A DNA stretch of 32,000 nucleotides from an uncultured Anaeromusa sp. (lineage in GTDB: Bacteria; Bacillota; Negativicutes; Anaeromusales; Anaeromusaceae). The position numbers were made by a program, and so were the translations under genes. Shown here in pieces: positions 16,763 to 25,691 of this stretch (positions are counted from its first letter, which is position 1; each line of letters begins with the position of its first letter). The notes beneath the pieces were generated by a model. It made no database searches. It was not told the origin of the DNA and was given only the letters and a program-made list of their open reading frames with translations. The stretch lies in NCBI GenBank assembly GCA_963676855.1, contig OY781460.1, positions 1,495,520 to 1,527,519 on the forward strand. The letters run 5' to 3'.

Positions 16763-18500
16763 CTATATGCGGCTGCTAAAATACTTGCGGCCTTATTTGC
16801 CTCGTCTGGGAACAGCCATTTTTTGCATCATCCTGGCTTCAGCGGCAAACTTATACGTTCCTTGGATCATTAAGGACGTAATTGATAGAGTATTGGCCGA
16901 TAAAGATATGATGATGCTCAATATAATTGCAGGCGGCATCGTGGTTGTCTTTTTGATTCGCGGTATTTTTTTCTATGGACAAAGTTATCTAATGGCGTAT
17001 GTGGGCCAAAAAATTGTCATTGATATACGAGAAGATATCTATCGCCATTTGCAAAGATTGTCGCTTTCTTTTTATTCGCGCAACTCTACCGGAAATATTA
17101 TGAGTCATGTTACTAATGACGTAGCGGCTGTGCAAGGAGCGTTGGCGGATACGCTGATTGAGCTGATTACGGAGAGCGTTATCCTAATCGGCTCCATTGG
17201 CGCTATGTTCTTTTTGCACTGGAAGCTTGCTTTGTTTACTTTCATTACAGTACCTTTGGTTGGGCAAACCATTAATGTATTCGGTAAAAAATTGCGCGCT
17301 TCCGGCAATGTGATGCAGGTTAAGGTGGCGGATATTACGTCGGTTTTGCAAGAAGCCATTTCCTCTATTCGGGTCATCAAGTCCTTTGCTCGTGAAGAGT
17401 TTGAAATTGAACGTTTCCAAAAGGAAAACTTTTCCAATTTTCGGGCGCAGATGAAAAATGCTCAGCTGATGGCCACGTTGACCCCTTTGATTGAATTTTT
17501 GGCGGCGATCGGAGTGACCCTTATTATCTGGTATGGCGGTTGGGAAGTAATTCACGGGGACTTGACCGCAGGCGCGTTGATTGCCTTCTTGATTTATGCA
17601 GTTAATTTATCCAATCCGGTCAAAAGAATCAGCAAGTCGTATGGGGTGGTACAGCGTGCTTTAGCGGCAGCGCAGCGTGTCTTTGAAGTGATAGATACTC
17701 AGCCAGAGGTGCAGGACGCACCCGATGCGGTAGTGTTGCAAAATTCCCAGGGACATTTGGTATTTGAAGGAGTCGACTTTTCCTATAATCCGGGAGAACC
17801 GGCTTTGCGTCAGGTGTTTTTTGAAGCCCATCCCGGGCAGATGATTGCTATCGTAGGCCCTTCGGGCGCGGGTAAGACGACTATTGCCGCCCTGATTCCG
17901 CGGTTTTATGACCCGCAGCAAGGGACGATTTATTTGGATGGTGTTGATATCCGTACAGTGACGCAAAAGTCGCTGCGGGAACAAATGGCCATTGTGCCGC
18001 AGGAGACGGTGCTTTTTAATCGTTCCGTGTACGAAAACATTCGCTATGGTCGGTTAGAGGCAACGCAGGAAGAAGTGGTAGCAGCGGCCAAAGCAGCTAA
18101 TGCGCATGACTTTATTGCAGCTATGCCGCAAGGCTATGAGACGCCTATTGGTGAACGAGGCTGCATGCTTTCCGGCGGTCAGCGGCAACGCATTGCGATT
18201 GCCCGAGCTATCTTGCGGGATCCTCGCTTGCTAATTTTGGATGAGGCCACCTCGGCCTTGGATGTGGAAAGCGAACAGTTAGTGCAGGAAGCCTTGGATA
18301 AACTGATGGTAGGACGTACCTCGGTTGTTATCGCCCATCGGTTGTCGACGATTGTACGAGCGGATTGCATTTTGGTTATGGACCAGGGACGGATTGTGGA
18401 GATGGGATCCCATGAAGCGTTGCTGCAGGCTGGCGGTTTGTATCAGAAGTTGTATCAGGTTCAGTTTCGCGATACTGGGACAGAAAGCAGCGGGGTTTAG
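16755..18500 (+). CDS. msbA: lipid A/LPS flippase-type ABC transporter (MsbA-like, fused permease-ATPase)
   Basis: 8-nt overlap with lpxB. Six-TM N-terminal domain. Walker A GPSGAGKTT, signature LSGGQRQRIAIARA, Walker B LLILDEATSALD. Confidence 0.85.
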   Translation: MNSYMRLLKYLRPYLPRLGTAIFCIILASAANLYVPWIIKDVIDRVLADKDMMMLNIIAGGIVVVFLIRGIFFYGQSYLMAYVGQKIVIDIREDIYRHLQRLSLSFYSRNSTGNIMSHVTNDVAAVQGALADTLIELITESVILIGSIGAMFFLHWKLALFTFITVPLVGQTINVFGKKLRASGNVMQVKVADITSVLQEAISSIRVIKSFAREEFEIERFQKENFSNFRAQMKNAQLMATLTPLIEFLAAIGVTLIIWYGGWEVIHGDLTAGALIAFLIYAVNLSNPVKRISKSYGVVQRALAAAQRVFEVIDTQPEVQDAPDAVVLQNSQGHLVFEGVDFSYNPGEPALRQVFFEAHPGQMIAIVGPSGAGKTTIAALIPRFYDPQQGTIYLDGVDIRTVTQKSLREQMAIVPQETVLFNRSVYENIRYGRLEATQEEVVAAAKAANAHDFIAAMPQGYETPIGERGCMLSGGQRQRIAIARAILRDPRLLILDEATSALDVESEQLVQEALDKLMVGRTSVVIAHRLSTIVRADCILVMDQGRIVEMGSHEALLQAGGLYQKLYQVQFRDTGTESSGV

Positions 18501-18503
18501 AAA

Positions 18504-19790
18504 ATGCGCTTTTTTTACAATCTCATGACTGTTATACTAGTAATAGCCGCCATGCCGGTATTTGCCTATCGGTGTCTCCGGCAAGAAGGCTTTGGCGAAC
18601 GATTGCGCCAGAGCTTTGGCTGCTTGCCTGCGCATGCGCTGGATAAAGTAGCGCAGAAGAATTGCATTTGGCTGCATGCAGCGTCGGTCGGCGAGATTGT
18701 TGCCACCAGCCCCTTGGTAAAAGAACTGAAGAAAGCCCTGCCGGAAACGCCGGTTTTAGTATCAGTAGTTACGGCTAGCGGGTACTCTATGGCCAAACGC
18801 ATCCTGACGGATGTGGACGGGCTGATCTTTTTTCCTTTGGATTTACCGTGGCTGCCGAGCAGAGTGCTTGTCAAAGTTCGGCCTCAAGCTTTTTTGCTGG
18901 TGGAGACCGAACTATGGCCCAATTTTCTGTATGCAGCTAAACAACACAAGATACCGGTGATGATGGTGAACGGACGGATTAGTGATCGTAGCGTGAAACG
19001 CTACCATTATCTCAAAGGCATTTTGCGGGACATGCTGAATACGGTGGAACGCTTTTGCATGCAATCAGCGATTGATGAGCAGTATATTATTCAACTGGGC
19101 GCTGACCCGCATAGAGTGGTAGTAACAGGCAATACTAAGTTTGACCAAACCTATACTCACGTATCGCCTGAGGAAAGAGAAGGTTTGAAACGAGAACTGA
19201 CTCTTACAGGACATGAGCCGATTTTGGTTGCTGGTAGCACGCATGCGGGTGAAGAGGAAGTATTACTTACGGCTTTTTTAAAAGTGCGAAAACAATATCC
19301 TCAAGCGGCCTTAATTTTAGCGCCGCGAGAAATTTTGCGTGTAGACGAGTTAGTGAAGCTCTGCTTGACCAAGGGTCTACCGGTACGCCGTCGTACGCAA
19401 CAAGCCAATCAGGGCGGGCAAGGCGGCGTGGTTATCTTGGATACCATTGGCGAGCTAGGGCGCATTTATAGTGTGGGTGATGTTGTCTTTGTCGGCGGCA
19501 GCTTGGTGCCTCATGGAGGGCATAATATTTTAGAACCGGCGGCGCATGGCAAGGTAATTTTGATTGGTCCTCATATGTTTAACTTTAAAGAAACATATGC
19601 TTTATTTTCTGGACGGCAGGCGTGTAGTACGGTCTGTGATGCGCAGGAGCTGACGGAAACCGTGCTGCGTTTGCTGCAAGACAGCAAGGAGCGCCAGCGC
19701 ATGGAAGCGCTGACTCTGGATATTGTCCGCGAAAATAAGGGGGCTTCGCGGCGAAGCATTTGCTATTTGCAGGAACTTTTGCAAAAATAG
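18504..19790 (+). CDS. waaA: 3-deoxy-D-manno-octulosonic acid (Kdo) transferase WaaA/KdtA
   Basis: N-terminal anchor. WLHAASVGE motif. 428 aa GT30-like protein. Starts 3 nt after msbA. Confidence 0.9.
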   Translation: MRFFYNLMTVILVIAAMPVFAYRCLRQEGFGERLRQSFGCLPAHALDKVAQKNCIWLHAASVGEIVATSPLVKELKKALPETPVLVSVVTASGYSMAKRILTDVDGLIFFPLDLPWLPSRVLVKVRPQAFLLVETELWPNFLYAAKQHKIPVMMVNGRISDRSVKRYHYLKGILRDMLNTVERFCMQSAIDEQYIIQLGADPHRVVVTGNTKFDQTYTHVSPEEREGLKRELTLTGHEPILVAGSTHAGEEEVLLTAFLKVRKQYPQAALILAPREILRVDELVKLCLTKGLPVRRRTQQANQGGQGGVVILDTIGELGRIYSVGDVVFVGGSLVPHGGHNILEPAAHGKVILIGPHMFNFKETYALFSGRQACSTVCDAQELTETVLRLLQDSKERQRMEALTLDIVRENKGASRRSICYLQELLQK

Positions 19791-19816
19791 CGAAAGCTTT
19801 TCGAACGAAGCTAACT

Positions 19817-21001
19817 ATGAGAGAAGGCGGGGCATGTATGCGCCAACGAGAAGCGATTCAGGCATATTTATATCAATTAGTACATGGGAAGGAAACAGGA
19901 CTATTGGGGAAATTTATCCTGATGTTCTTGCGTGTTTCTTCCTGGCTTTATGGCGTCGGCCTGACTTTTAAGCTCGACTTGTATCGTTGGGGCGTGCGAA
20001 AACGGTATAAGCTCCCTTGCAAAGTCATTAGCTTAGGCAATGTCACCGTAGGCGGGACAGGCAAGACGCCAACCGCGCAACGGTTGGCGGCGATTATTCG
20101 CGATATGGGCTATAGAGTAGTACTTTTAAACAGGGGTTACCGGGCGAAATGGCGAGGCACCGTAGGGCTTGTTTCCGATGGAAAGCGAACGTTTATGACT
20201 GCCAGTGAAGCCGGAGATGAAGCCTTTTTATTAGCAAAGAATCTGCCAGGCGTTCCGGTCGTAATCGGTCGTAATCGAGCTGTTACCGGCGAATATGCCG
20301 TCAGAGAGCTGAAAGCGCAGGTTGTGATCTTGGACGATGGCTACCAGCATTGGCAGCTTATACGGGATTTGGATATTGTTTTGATTGATACGTTGAATGT
20401 ATTTGGCAATCGCTATTTGCTGCCGCGCGGCACTTTGCGGGAACCGTTAGCCCATTTGGACAGAGCGCATGCTTGCTTGTTGACCAAAGTAGATCAATCT
20501 AGCCCGGATACGAGGGATATCATTCGGAGTACAGTGCATCAATACAATCCAGATGCAGCAATTATTGAAAGCGTGCATCAACCAAGGCATTGTATTGAGA
20601 TACGGGAATGGTACCAGGGGCGGCCTCCGCAAAAATTGCCTCTCTCTGAAATTGCAGGAGTCAAGGTTATGGCGCTTTCTGCCATTGGCAACCCCTCTTC
20701 CTTTGAACAAACCATTTCCGACATCGGCGCCTGCGTGGTTGCTTCCGCTCGCTATGAAGACCATCATGACTACACTATGGCGGAAATGCAGCAGGTCATG
20801 CAAGAAGCGGTGGAAGCCGGTGTAAAAGCCATTATTACAACCGAAAAAGATGCCGTAAAGATACCGGCGGAATTTATTCACTCGGATCGTCCGTTGCCGG
20901 TCTATATTTTAGGGATTGAATTGCGATTTATGGACGGCTGCTACGAACAACTCTTGGGGCTCATTCGCCAAGTGGTGGAAGGAGAAAAACGAGAAGTATG
21001 A
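19817..21001 (+). CDS. lpxK: tetraacyldisaccharide 4'-kinase LpxK
   Basis: P-loop SLGNVTVGGTGKTP. The start is uncertain: ATG 19817 or in-frame ATG 19838. The ORF-track start at 19760 would overlap waaA. Confidence 0.88.
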   Translation: MREGGACMRQREAIQAYLYQLVHGKETGLLGKFILMFLRVSSWLYGVGLTFKLDLYRWGVRKRYKLPCKVISLGNVTVGGTGKTPTAQRLAAIIRDMGYRVVLLNRGYRAKWRGTVGLVSDGKRTFMTASEAGDEAFLLAKNLPGVPVVIGRNRAVTGEYAVRELKAQVVILDDGYQHWQLIRDLDIVLIDTLNVFGNRYLLPRGTLREPLAHLDRAHACLLTKVDQSSPDTRDIIRSTVHQYNPDAAIIESVHQPRHCIEIREWYQGRPPQKLPLSEIAGVKVMALSAIGNPSSFEQTISDIGACVVASARYEDHHDYTMAEMQQVMQEAVEAGVKAIITTEKDAVKIPAEFIHSDRPLPVYILGIELRFMDGCYEQLLGLIRQVVEGEKREV

Positions 21002-21726
21002 AAACCGTATGTGTGATCCCGGCACGTTATGCATCGACGAGGCTGCCGGGAAAACCGCTGGCTTTGTTGGCGGGCAAGCCGATGATTCAACATGTATACG
21101 AACAGGCCATCCAAGCTCGAGGGGTTCAGGAGGTTCTGGTAGCTACTGATGACGAGCGTATCTTAAAAGCGGTAGAAGCTTTCGGAGGGCAAGCGGTCCT
21201 AACTTCCAGCGCTCATCCTACCGGAACGGATCGTTTGGCGGAAGTAGCTCGCAAGCATACGGATGCAGATATTATCATCAATGTTCAAGGCGATGAGCCG
21301 CTCGTTGAGCCGCAAGTCATTGAAGCCTTGGCAACTGCTTTTGCAGAGCGGCCTGCTTTGCAAATGGCTACCTTGTGTGCGCCGCTGCTGCCGGAAGAGG
21401 CGGTGCAGGACAGCGTGGTCAAAGTGGTTATGGACCAGGAAGGATATGCTCTGTATTTTTCACGCTCTTTGATTCCTTTTCCACGCAAGCCTGGCTTGGT
21501 TCAGGCGTATAAGCATTTGGGCCTTTACGGGTATCGGCGCGACTTTTTATTGGAATACTCGGCTATGCAGCCGACGCCACTGGAGCAAACCGAATCTCTC
21601 GAACAGTTGCGGGCGTTAGAATATGGTCATAAAATCTTGGTTCTTCCTACCGAACACGCCTCCGTTGGCGTCGATACGCCGGAAGACCTCAAACGAGTGG
21701 AAGCGATCTTGCTGAGTCGTAGATAA
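20998..21726 (+). CDS. kdsB: 3-deoxy-manno-octulosonate cytidylyltransferase KdsB
   Basis: ATGA overlap with lpxK. CVIPARYASTRLPGKPL N-terminal motif, INVQGDEPL, and LEQLRALEYG near the C-terminus. Confidence 0.92.
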   Translation: MKTVCVIPARYASTRLPGKPLALLAGKPMIQHVYEQAIQARGVQEVLVATDDERILKAVEAFGGQAVLTSSAHPTGTDRLAEVARKHTDADIIINVQGDEPLVEPQVIEALATAFAERPALQMATLCAPLLPEEAVQDSVVKVVMDQEGYALYFSRSLIPFPRKPGLVQAYKHLGLYGYRRDFLLEYSAMQPTPLEQTESLEQLRALEYGHKILVLPTEHASVGVDTPEDLKRVEAILLSRR

Positions 21727-21740
21727 AAGAACGGGAGCGG

Positions 21741-21911
21741 GATTGAACAAGAGAATCGGCGACGGCGTTGGAGGTGCCTAGGGGCGGTTGTGCCATGGAT
21801 GGCAATAGCTACCATCCGCTTAAAGTACGACAGAGAGAAATTGAAGAGTTAATAAACGTATCAGGGAACCCTCATACGAACCCTCACGTGACTCCGGTTC
21901 TCTTGTTCAAT
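21741..21911 (+). repeat. family-1 element, full copy A (~171 bp, 18-bp terminal inverted repeats)
   Basis: The left end ATTGAACAAGAGAATCGG (21742-21759) is the reverse complement of CCGGTTCTCTTGTTCAAT (21894-21911) except for one T/G position. Close relative at 29416-29587. Confidence 0.75.
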
Positions 21912-21939
21912 ACTTTGTTCTTAATCAAGGAGGTTGACT

Positions 21940-22764
21940 ATGCATACTGTGAAAATTGGTTCGCTGGAGCTTGGCGCGCAGCGCCCGATCGCTCTGATTG
22001 CAGGACCTTGTGTAATTGAAGACTATGAACGGACACTGCGTATTGGCCGCGGTATCAAGGCCATCACAGAACGCCTGGGGATGCCGTATATTTTCAAAGC
22101 ATCTTTTGATAAAGCCAACCGTTCTTCTTATAATTCCTTCAGAGGACCAGGGCTGGAAGAAGGTCTGGGCATGCTTCAAAAAATTAAAACAGAATTAAAC
22201 TTGCCGGTTTTGAGTGACATTCATGAAATCACGCAAGTGGAGCCAGCTTCTAAGGTGCTCGATGTCTTGCAGATTCCGGCTTTTCTTTCCCGGCAGACAG
22301 ATTTGCTTTTTGCAGCCGGAAAAAGCGGTATCGCCGTCAACGTGAAAAAGGGACAATTTTTGGCGCCGAATGATATGAAAAACGTTGTGCGTAAACTCGA
22401 AGAAGCAGGCTGTGAAAGTATATTGCTTACTGAACGCGGCTTTAGCTTAGGTTATAACAATTTGGTAGTTGATATGCGGGCATTGCCGATTATGCGCTCT
22501 TTTGGTTATCCGGTTGTGTTTGACGCGACCCATAGCGTGCAATTGCCGGGCGGGGCAGGCACGGCGTCAGCGGGGCAACGCGAATATGTTGGCCACTTAG
22601 CACGAGCTGCGGCTGCAGTCGGTGTGGATGCGTTATTTTTGGAAGTGCATGACAATCCGGAAGAGGCGTTGTGCGATGGGCCGAACATGGTGTATCTGGA
22701 TCAATTGGAAGAGATGCTCCGTGATATTCAGGCTATTGACGGCATTGCCAGAAAACATAAATAA
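21940..22764 (+). CDS. kdsA: 3-deoxy-8-phosphooctulonate synthase KdsA
   Basis: AAGGAGG 6 nt before the ATG at 21940. [20 protein letters not shown] and [11 protein letters not shown] motifs. Confidence 0.92.
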   Translation: MHTVKIGSLELGAQRPIALIAGPCVIEDYERTLRIGRGIKAITERLGMPYIFKASFDKANRSSYNSFRGPGLEEGLGMLQKIKTELNLPVLSDIHEITQVEPASKVLDVLQIPAFLSRQTDLLFAAGKSGIAVNVKKGQFLAPNDMKNVVRKLEEAGCESILLTERGFSLGYNNLVVDMRALPIMRSFGYPVVFDATHSVQLPGGAGTASAGQREYVGHLARAAAAVGVDALFLEVHDNPEEALCDGPNMVYLDQLEEMLRDIQAIDGIARKHK

Positions 22765-22793
22765 AAATTCGTGCCGAGGAGTGGTATAATAAT

Positions 22794-23366
22794 ATGGATA
22801 TACCAATCAAGCAGACGGATGACGCAAAGGCCCGAGCTTCCAAGGTGCGGCTGGTGGTTTTTGATGTGGATGGCGTGCTGACAAGCGGCCAAATTGCCAT
22901 CGGCAAAGACGGCGAAGTCATGAAAGAATTTTTCGTGCAAGATGGTTTGGGCATTGCAGTGACGCAGCGAGCTGGCATTAAAACGGCTATTATTACAGGG
23001 CGGGAAAGTGAAATGGTTCGTTTGCGTAGCGCCGAACTGAAAATTTGCGATGTGTACCAGGGGACGTTAGATAAACAAACGGCCCTGCGGGAATTGATGG
23101 ATAAGTATGGTCTCGGGGCGGAAGAAGTGGCCTATGTAGGAGACGATTTAAATGACCTGCCAGCGCTGATGCAGGTGGGATTTGCCTGCGGCGTAGCTAA
23201 CTCGGTGGCTGAAGTGGCGCAGCGTTGCCACTTTGTTTCCGCTCATCGCGGCGGAGGCGGTGGCGTGCGGGATATTCTTGAATTTATTTTGCGCAACCAA
23301 GGCCTTTGGGAGGAGATTGTCCAGTCCTATGTGGATGGCAGCGGCAATCAATATACGCGCCAGTAA
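22794..23366 (+). CDS. kdsC: Kdo-8-phosphate phosphatase KdsC (HAD superfamily)
   Basis: HAD motif I VVFDVDGVLT, ITGR, and motif GDDLNDLP. 190 aa. Immediately follows kdsA. Confidence 0.88.
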   Translation: MDIPIKQTDDAKARASKVRLVVFDVDGVLTSGQIAIGKDGEVMKEFFVQDGLGIAVTQRAGIKTAIITGRESEMVRLRSAELKICDVYQGTLDKQTALRELMDKYGLGAEEVAYVGDDLNDLPALMQVGFACGVANSVAEVAQRCHFVSAHRGGGGGVRDILEFILRNQGLWEEIVQSYVDGSGNQYTRQ

Positions 23367-23434
23367 TGGATGACTTTTATTTTGTTTATGTAGAAGCAGT
23401 GGTTCCACAATGGCTGTGAAAGGAGGGCATGACC

Positions 23435-24331
23435 ATGAGCAATGAATGGCAATATCATTTGTTGAAAGCGCTGAGTCGGCTGATTTGTTTTCTGCCGTAT
23501 TCATGTGTTGTCAAGTTAGGGCGATCCTTAGGCTTTTTGTATTGGTACATTGCCCCCAAGCAGCGGCGCCGCGGCATTCGGCAATTAGCAGAACGTCTTG
23601 CGCTTTCTGAAAAAGAAGCGGCCCAAGTAATGAGACGTCTTTGCGGTAATCTGGGGCAGACCTTTTTGGAAATTATGTTTACGCCGAAGCTGGATGCACA
23701 AAGAATTGCACAGCTTGTGGAAATTGAAAACAGGCAGTACTTGGAAGAGGCTGTAGCCAGGGGACATGGCGTAGTCTTTTTGACTGCTCATGTCGGTAAT
23801 TGGGAATGGTTGGGAGCTGCCTTGTCTATGGGCGGGTTCCCGATGACAAGCGTAATTAAGCGACAGCCGAATGATCAGCATACTCGATTGCTCAATGAAT
23901 ATCGAGAGCGGGTTGGTATCGAGATTTTTGCCCGGGGAACAGCAGAATTAGTTGGCGCGGCTAAGGCTATGAAAAAAGGAAAAATTTTAGGCTTTTTGGC
24001 AGATCAGGACGCTGGTGTCGATGGTATTTTTATAGATTTCTTTGGAAAACCGGCTTCAACGCCTCTTGGGCCGGCTGTCTTTGCACGCAAGTTTAAAGCG
24101 CCGGTCATGCCGGTATTTATAGTGCATAAGCCAGATTATAGTGGTCATAAGGTGTTAATTTACCCTCCCTTGGAATATGAAAATACTGGGGAAGAAAAAG
24201 ATGACTTGCGGCGGTTGACTCTGAAAATGACACAGTTATTGGAAGAAGTCATTCGGGAACATCCTGATGAATGGATTTGGTTTCAAAAACGTTGGAATAC
24301 TAGGGCGGATGGGAGCTGTGAAGAAGCATGA
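23435..24331 (+). CDS. second LpxL/HtrB-family lipid A late acyltransferase
   Basis: GGAGG 8 nt before the ATG at 23435; the ATG at 23429 is too close to the RBS. TAHVGNWEWLG motif. C-terminal HPDEWIWFQKRWN. Paralogous to 11354-12238. Confidence 0.8.
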   Translation: MSNEWQYHLLKALSRLICFLPYSCVVKLGRSLGFLYWYIAPKQRRRGIRQLAERLALSEKEAAQVMRRLCGNLGQTFLEIMFTPKLDAQRIAQLVEIENRQYLEEAVARGHGVVFLTAHVGNWEWLGAALSMGGFPMTSVIKRQPNDQHTRLLNEYRERVGIEIFARGTAELVGAAKAMKKGKILGFLADQDAGVDGIFIDFFGKPASTPLGPAVFARKFKAPVMPVFIVHKPDYSGHKVLIYPPLEYENTGEEKDDLRRLTLKMTQLLEEVIREHPDEWIWFQKRWNTRADGSCEEA

Positions 24332-24867
24332 AAAAAGGCCGCTGGCTTTTAATAAGTATTATGGCTGCTAGCGTGCTTTTTGGCGCGTATTATTTATGGC
24401 GTGAAGAATTCCCTGATCCGCCGAAGGAAGTTGTCCAAGCAGAAGACGAGCCAATCTTCATGGAGGGAAATACTATCTCCGAAAGCAAGGACGGTAAAGT
24501 GGTGTGGGAAGTGACGGCGCAGACCATGCGGGGCAGCAAAAACAGTCAAGAGATTACGCTGCAAAATGTGCGCGGCGTTTTTTACCGGCCGCAAGGGGGC
24601 ACCGTGGTTTTGACAGCGCCGATAGGCTTATATATCCCCAGGGAGCAAACTCTGCGTTTTACGGGAGATGTCAAAGCCGTATCTAGCGACGGCGATACCT
24701 TTGTGGCGCAAGAAATGGGCTGGCTTGCGAAGGAAGAACGTATTTACGGACAAGGGCAGGCACAGTTAAACCGCAAGGAATCACAAGTCAGCGGTGACCG
24801 CATTGAAAGCGACCGTGATTTTCAAAAATCCAAGGTTATTGGCAATGCTCGTTATGTGAAACAATAG
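24328..24867 (+). CDS. lptC: LPS export periplasmic/membrane-anchored protein LptC
   Basis: ATGA overlap with the upstream gene. Single N-terminal TM (WLLISIMAASVLFGAYYLW) followed by a beta-rich ~150-aa domain. Located directly upstream of lptA and lptB. Confidence 0.7.
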   Translation: MKKGRWLLISIMAASVLFGAYYLWREEFPDPPKEVVQAEDEPIFMEGNTISESKDGKVVWEVTAQTMRGSKNSQEITLQNVRGVFYRPQGGTVVLTAPIGLYIPREQTLRFTGDVKAVSSDGDTFVAQEMGWLAKEERIYGQGQAQLNRKESQVSGDRIESDRDFQKSKVIGNARYVKQ

Positions 24868-24884
24868 GAAGGAGAGGCTAGAGT

Positions 24885-25682
24885 ATGAAATTTTGGAAAA
24901 ACAAAAAAATTCTAATTGCCTTGGCATTAGCGGTAGTTTGCAGCAGTTCGCTTCTAGCGCTGGCCGCACCGGGCGAAAAGACCGAAGTAACGGCCGATAC
25001 CTTTGACTACGATTCGGCAACAGGCATGGTAGTAGCCCGAGGAGGCGTAAAAGTCGTGCGTGGGCAGCAGACTATGACTGGACAGACGATTGAATACAAC
25101 AGCAAAACCCAAGACGCCCACGTCAGCGGAAGCAACGGCGTACAGGTAACTGGGCCGGATTTGAATATGACAGCAGTGGAATTGTGGTCTGTGAACGGCA
25201 AACAGTTGATTGCGCAGGGAAATGTAGTGGCGGTGAAAGGCGATAAGCGGCTGATCGGTCCGCGTGTGGAATATTTTCAGGAGAGTGAAATCGCTATTAC
25301 CCCGCAGGGCGGAACTATTTTTATGTCTGACGGCAATATGTCGGCGGATCATATCCAAGCGTTTCTTAAGGAAGACCGGGCGATAGGCACGGGCAACGTG
25401 CATATTGTCAGCGATGTACGTAAGCTGGATGCTACGTCAAACCTGGCTACCTATTATGGCGAAAAAAGCGGCCAAGATCGCAGTAAGATCATTATGACCG
25501 GTAACGCCAGAGCCGTACAGGACGGCAATGTACTTGTCGGCAATACGCTGAACCTGTACTTGGACGACAAAGCCATGGAAGGAACCGGACGTGCCCGCTT
25601 AGTCATCACCAATCCGAACCCCAATACAGGTGCTCCGCAAACCAAACCAACTGAGGAAATACAAGATAATAAAGATAATTAA
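24885..25682 (+). CDS. lptA: LptA/OstA-family periplasmic LPS transport protein (long form)
   Basis: Signal peptide ending ALA/AP. OstA-like repeats (VTADTFDYDSATGMVVARGGVKVVRGQQTMTGQTIEY...GNVHIVSD...MTGNARAVQDGNVLVGNTLNLYLD). Low-complexity N/P/T/K tail. Confidence 0.8.
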   Translation: MKFWKNKKILIALALAVVCSSSLLALAAPGEKTEVTADTFDYDSATGMVVARGGVKVVRGQQTMTGQTIEYNSKTQDAHVSGSNGVQVTGPDLNMTAVELWSVNGKQLIAQGNVVAVKGDKRLIGPRVEYFQESEIAITPQGGTIFMSDGNMSADHIQAFLKEDRAIGTGNVHIVSDVRKLDATSNLATYYGEKSGQDRSKIIMTGNARAVQDGNVLVGNTLNLYLDDKAMEGTGRARLVITNPNPNTGAPQTKPTEEIQDNKDN

Positions 25683-25691
25683 ACAGAGAGA

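Noticed and set aside
21768-22019. 83-aa + strand ORF spanning the kdsB-kdsA spacer
   Set aside because: It lies within the family-1 repeat and runs out of frame into the well-supported kdsA CDS. It has no RBS.
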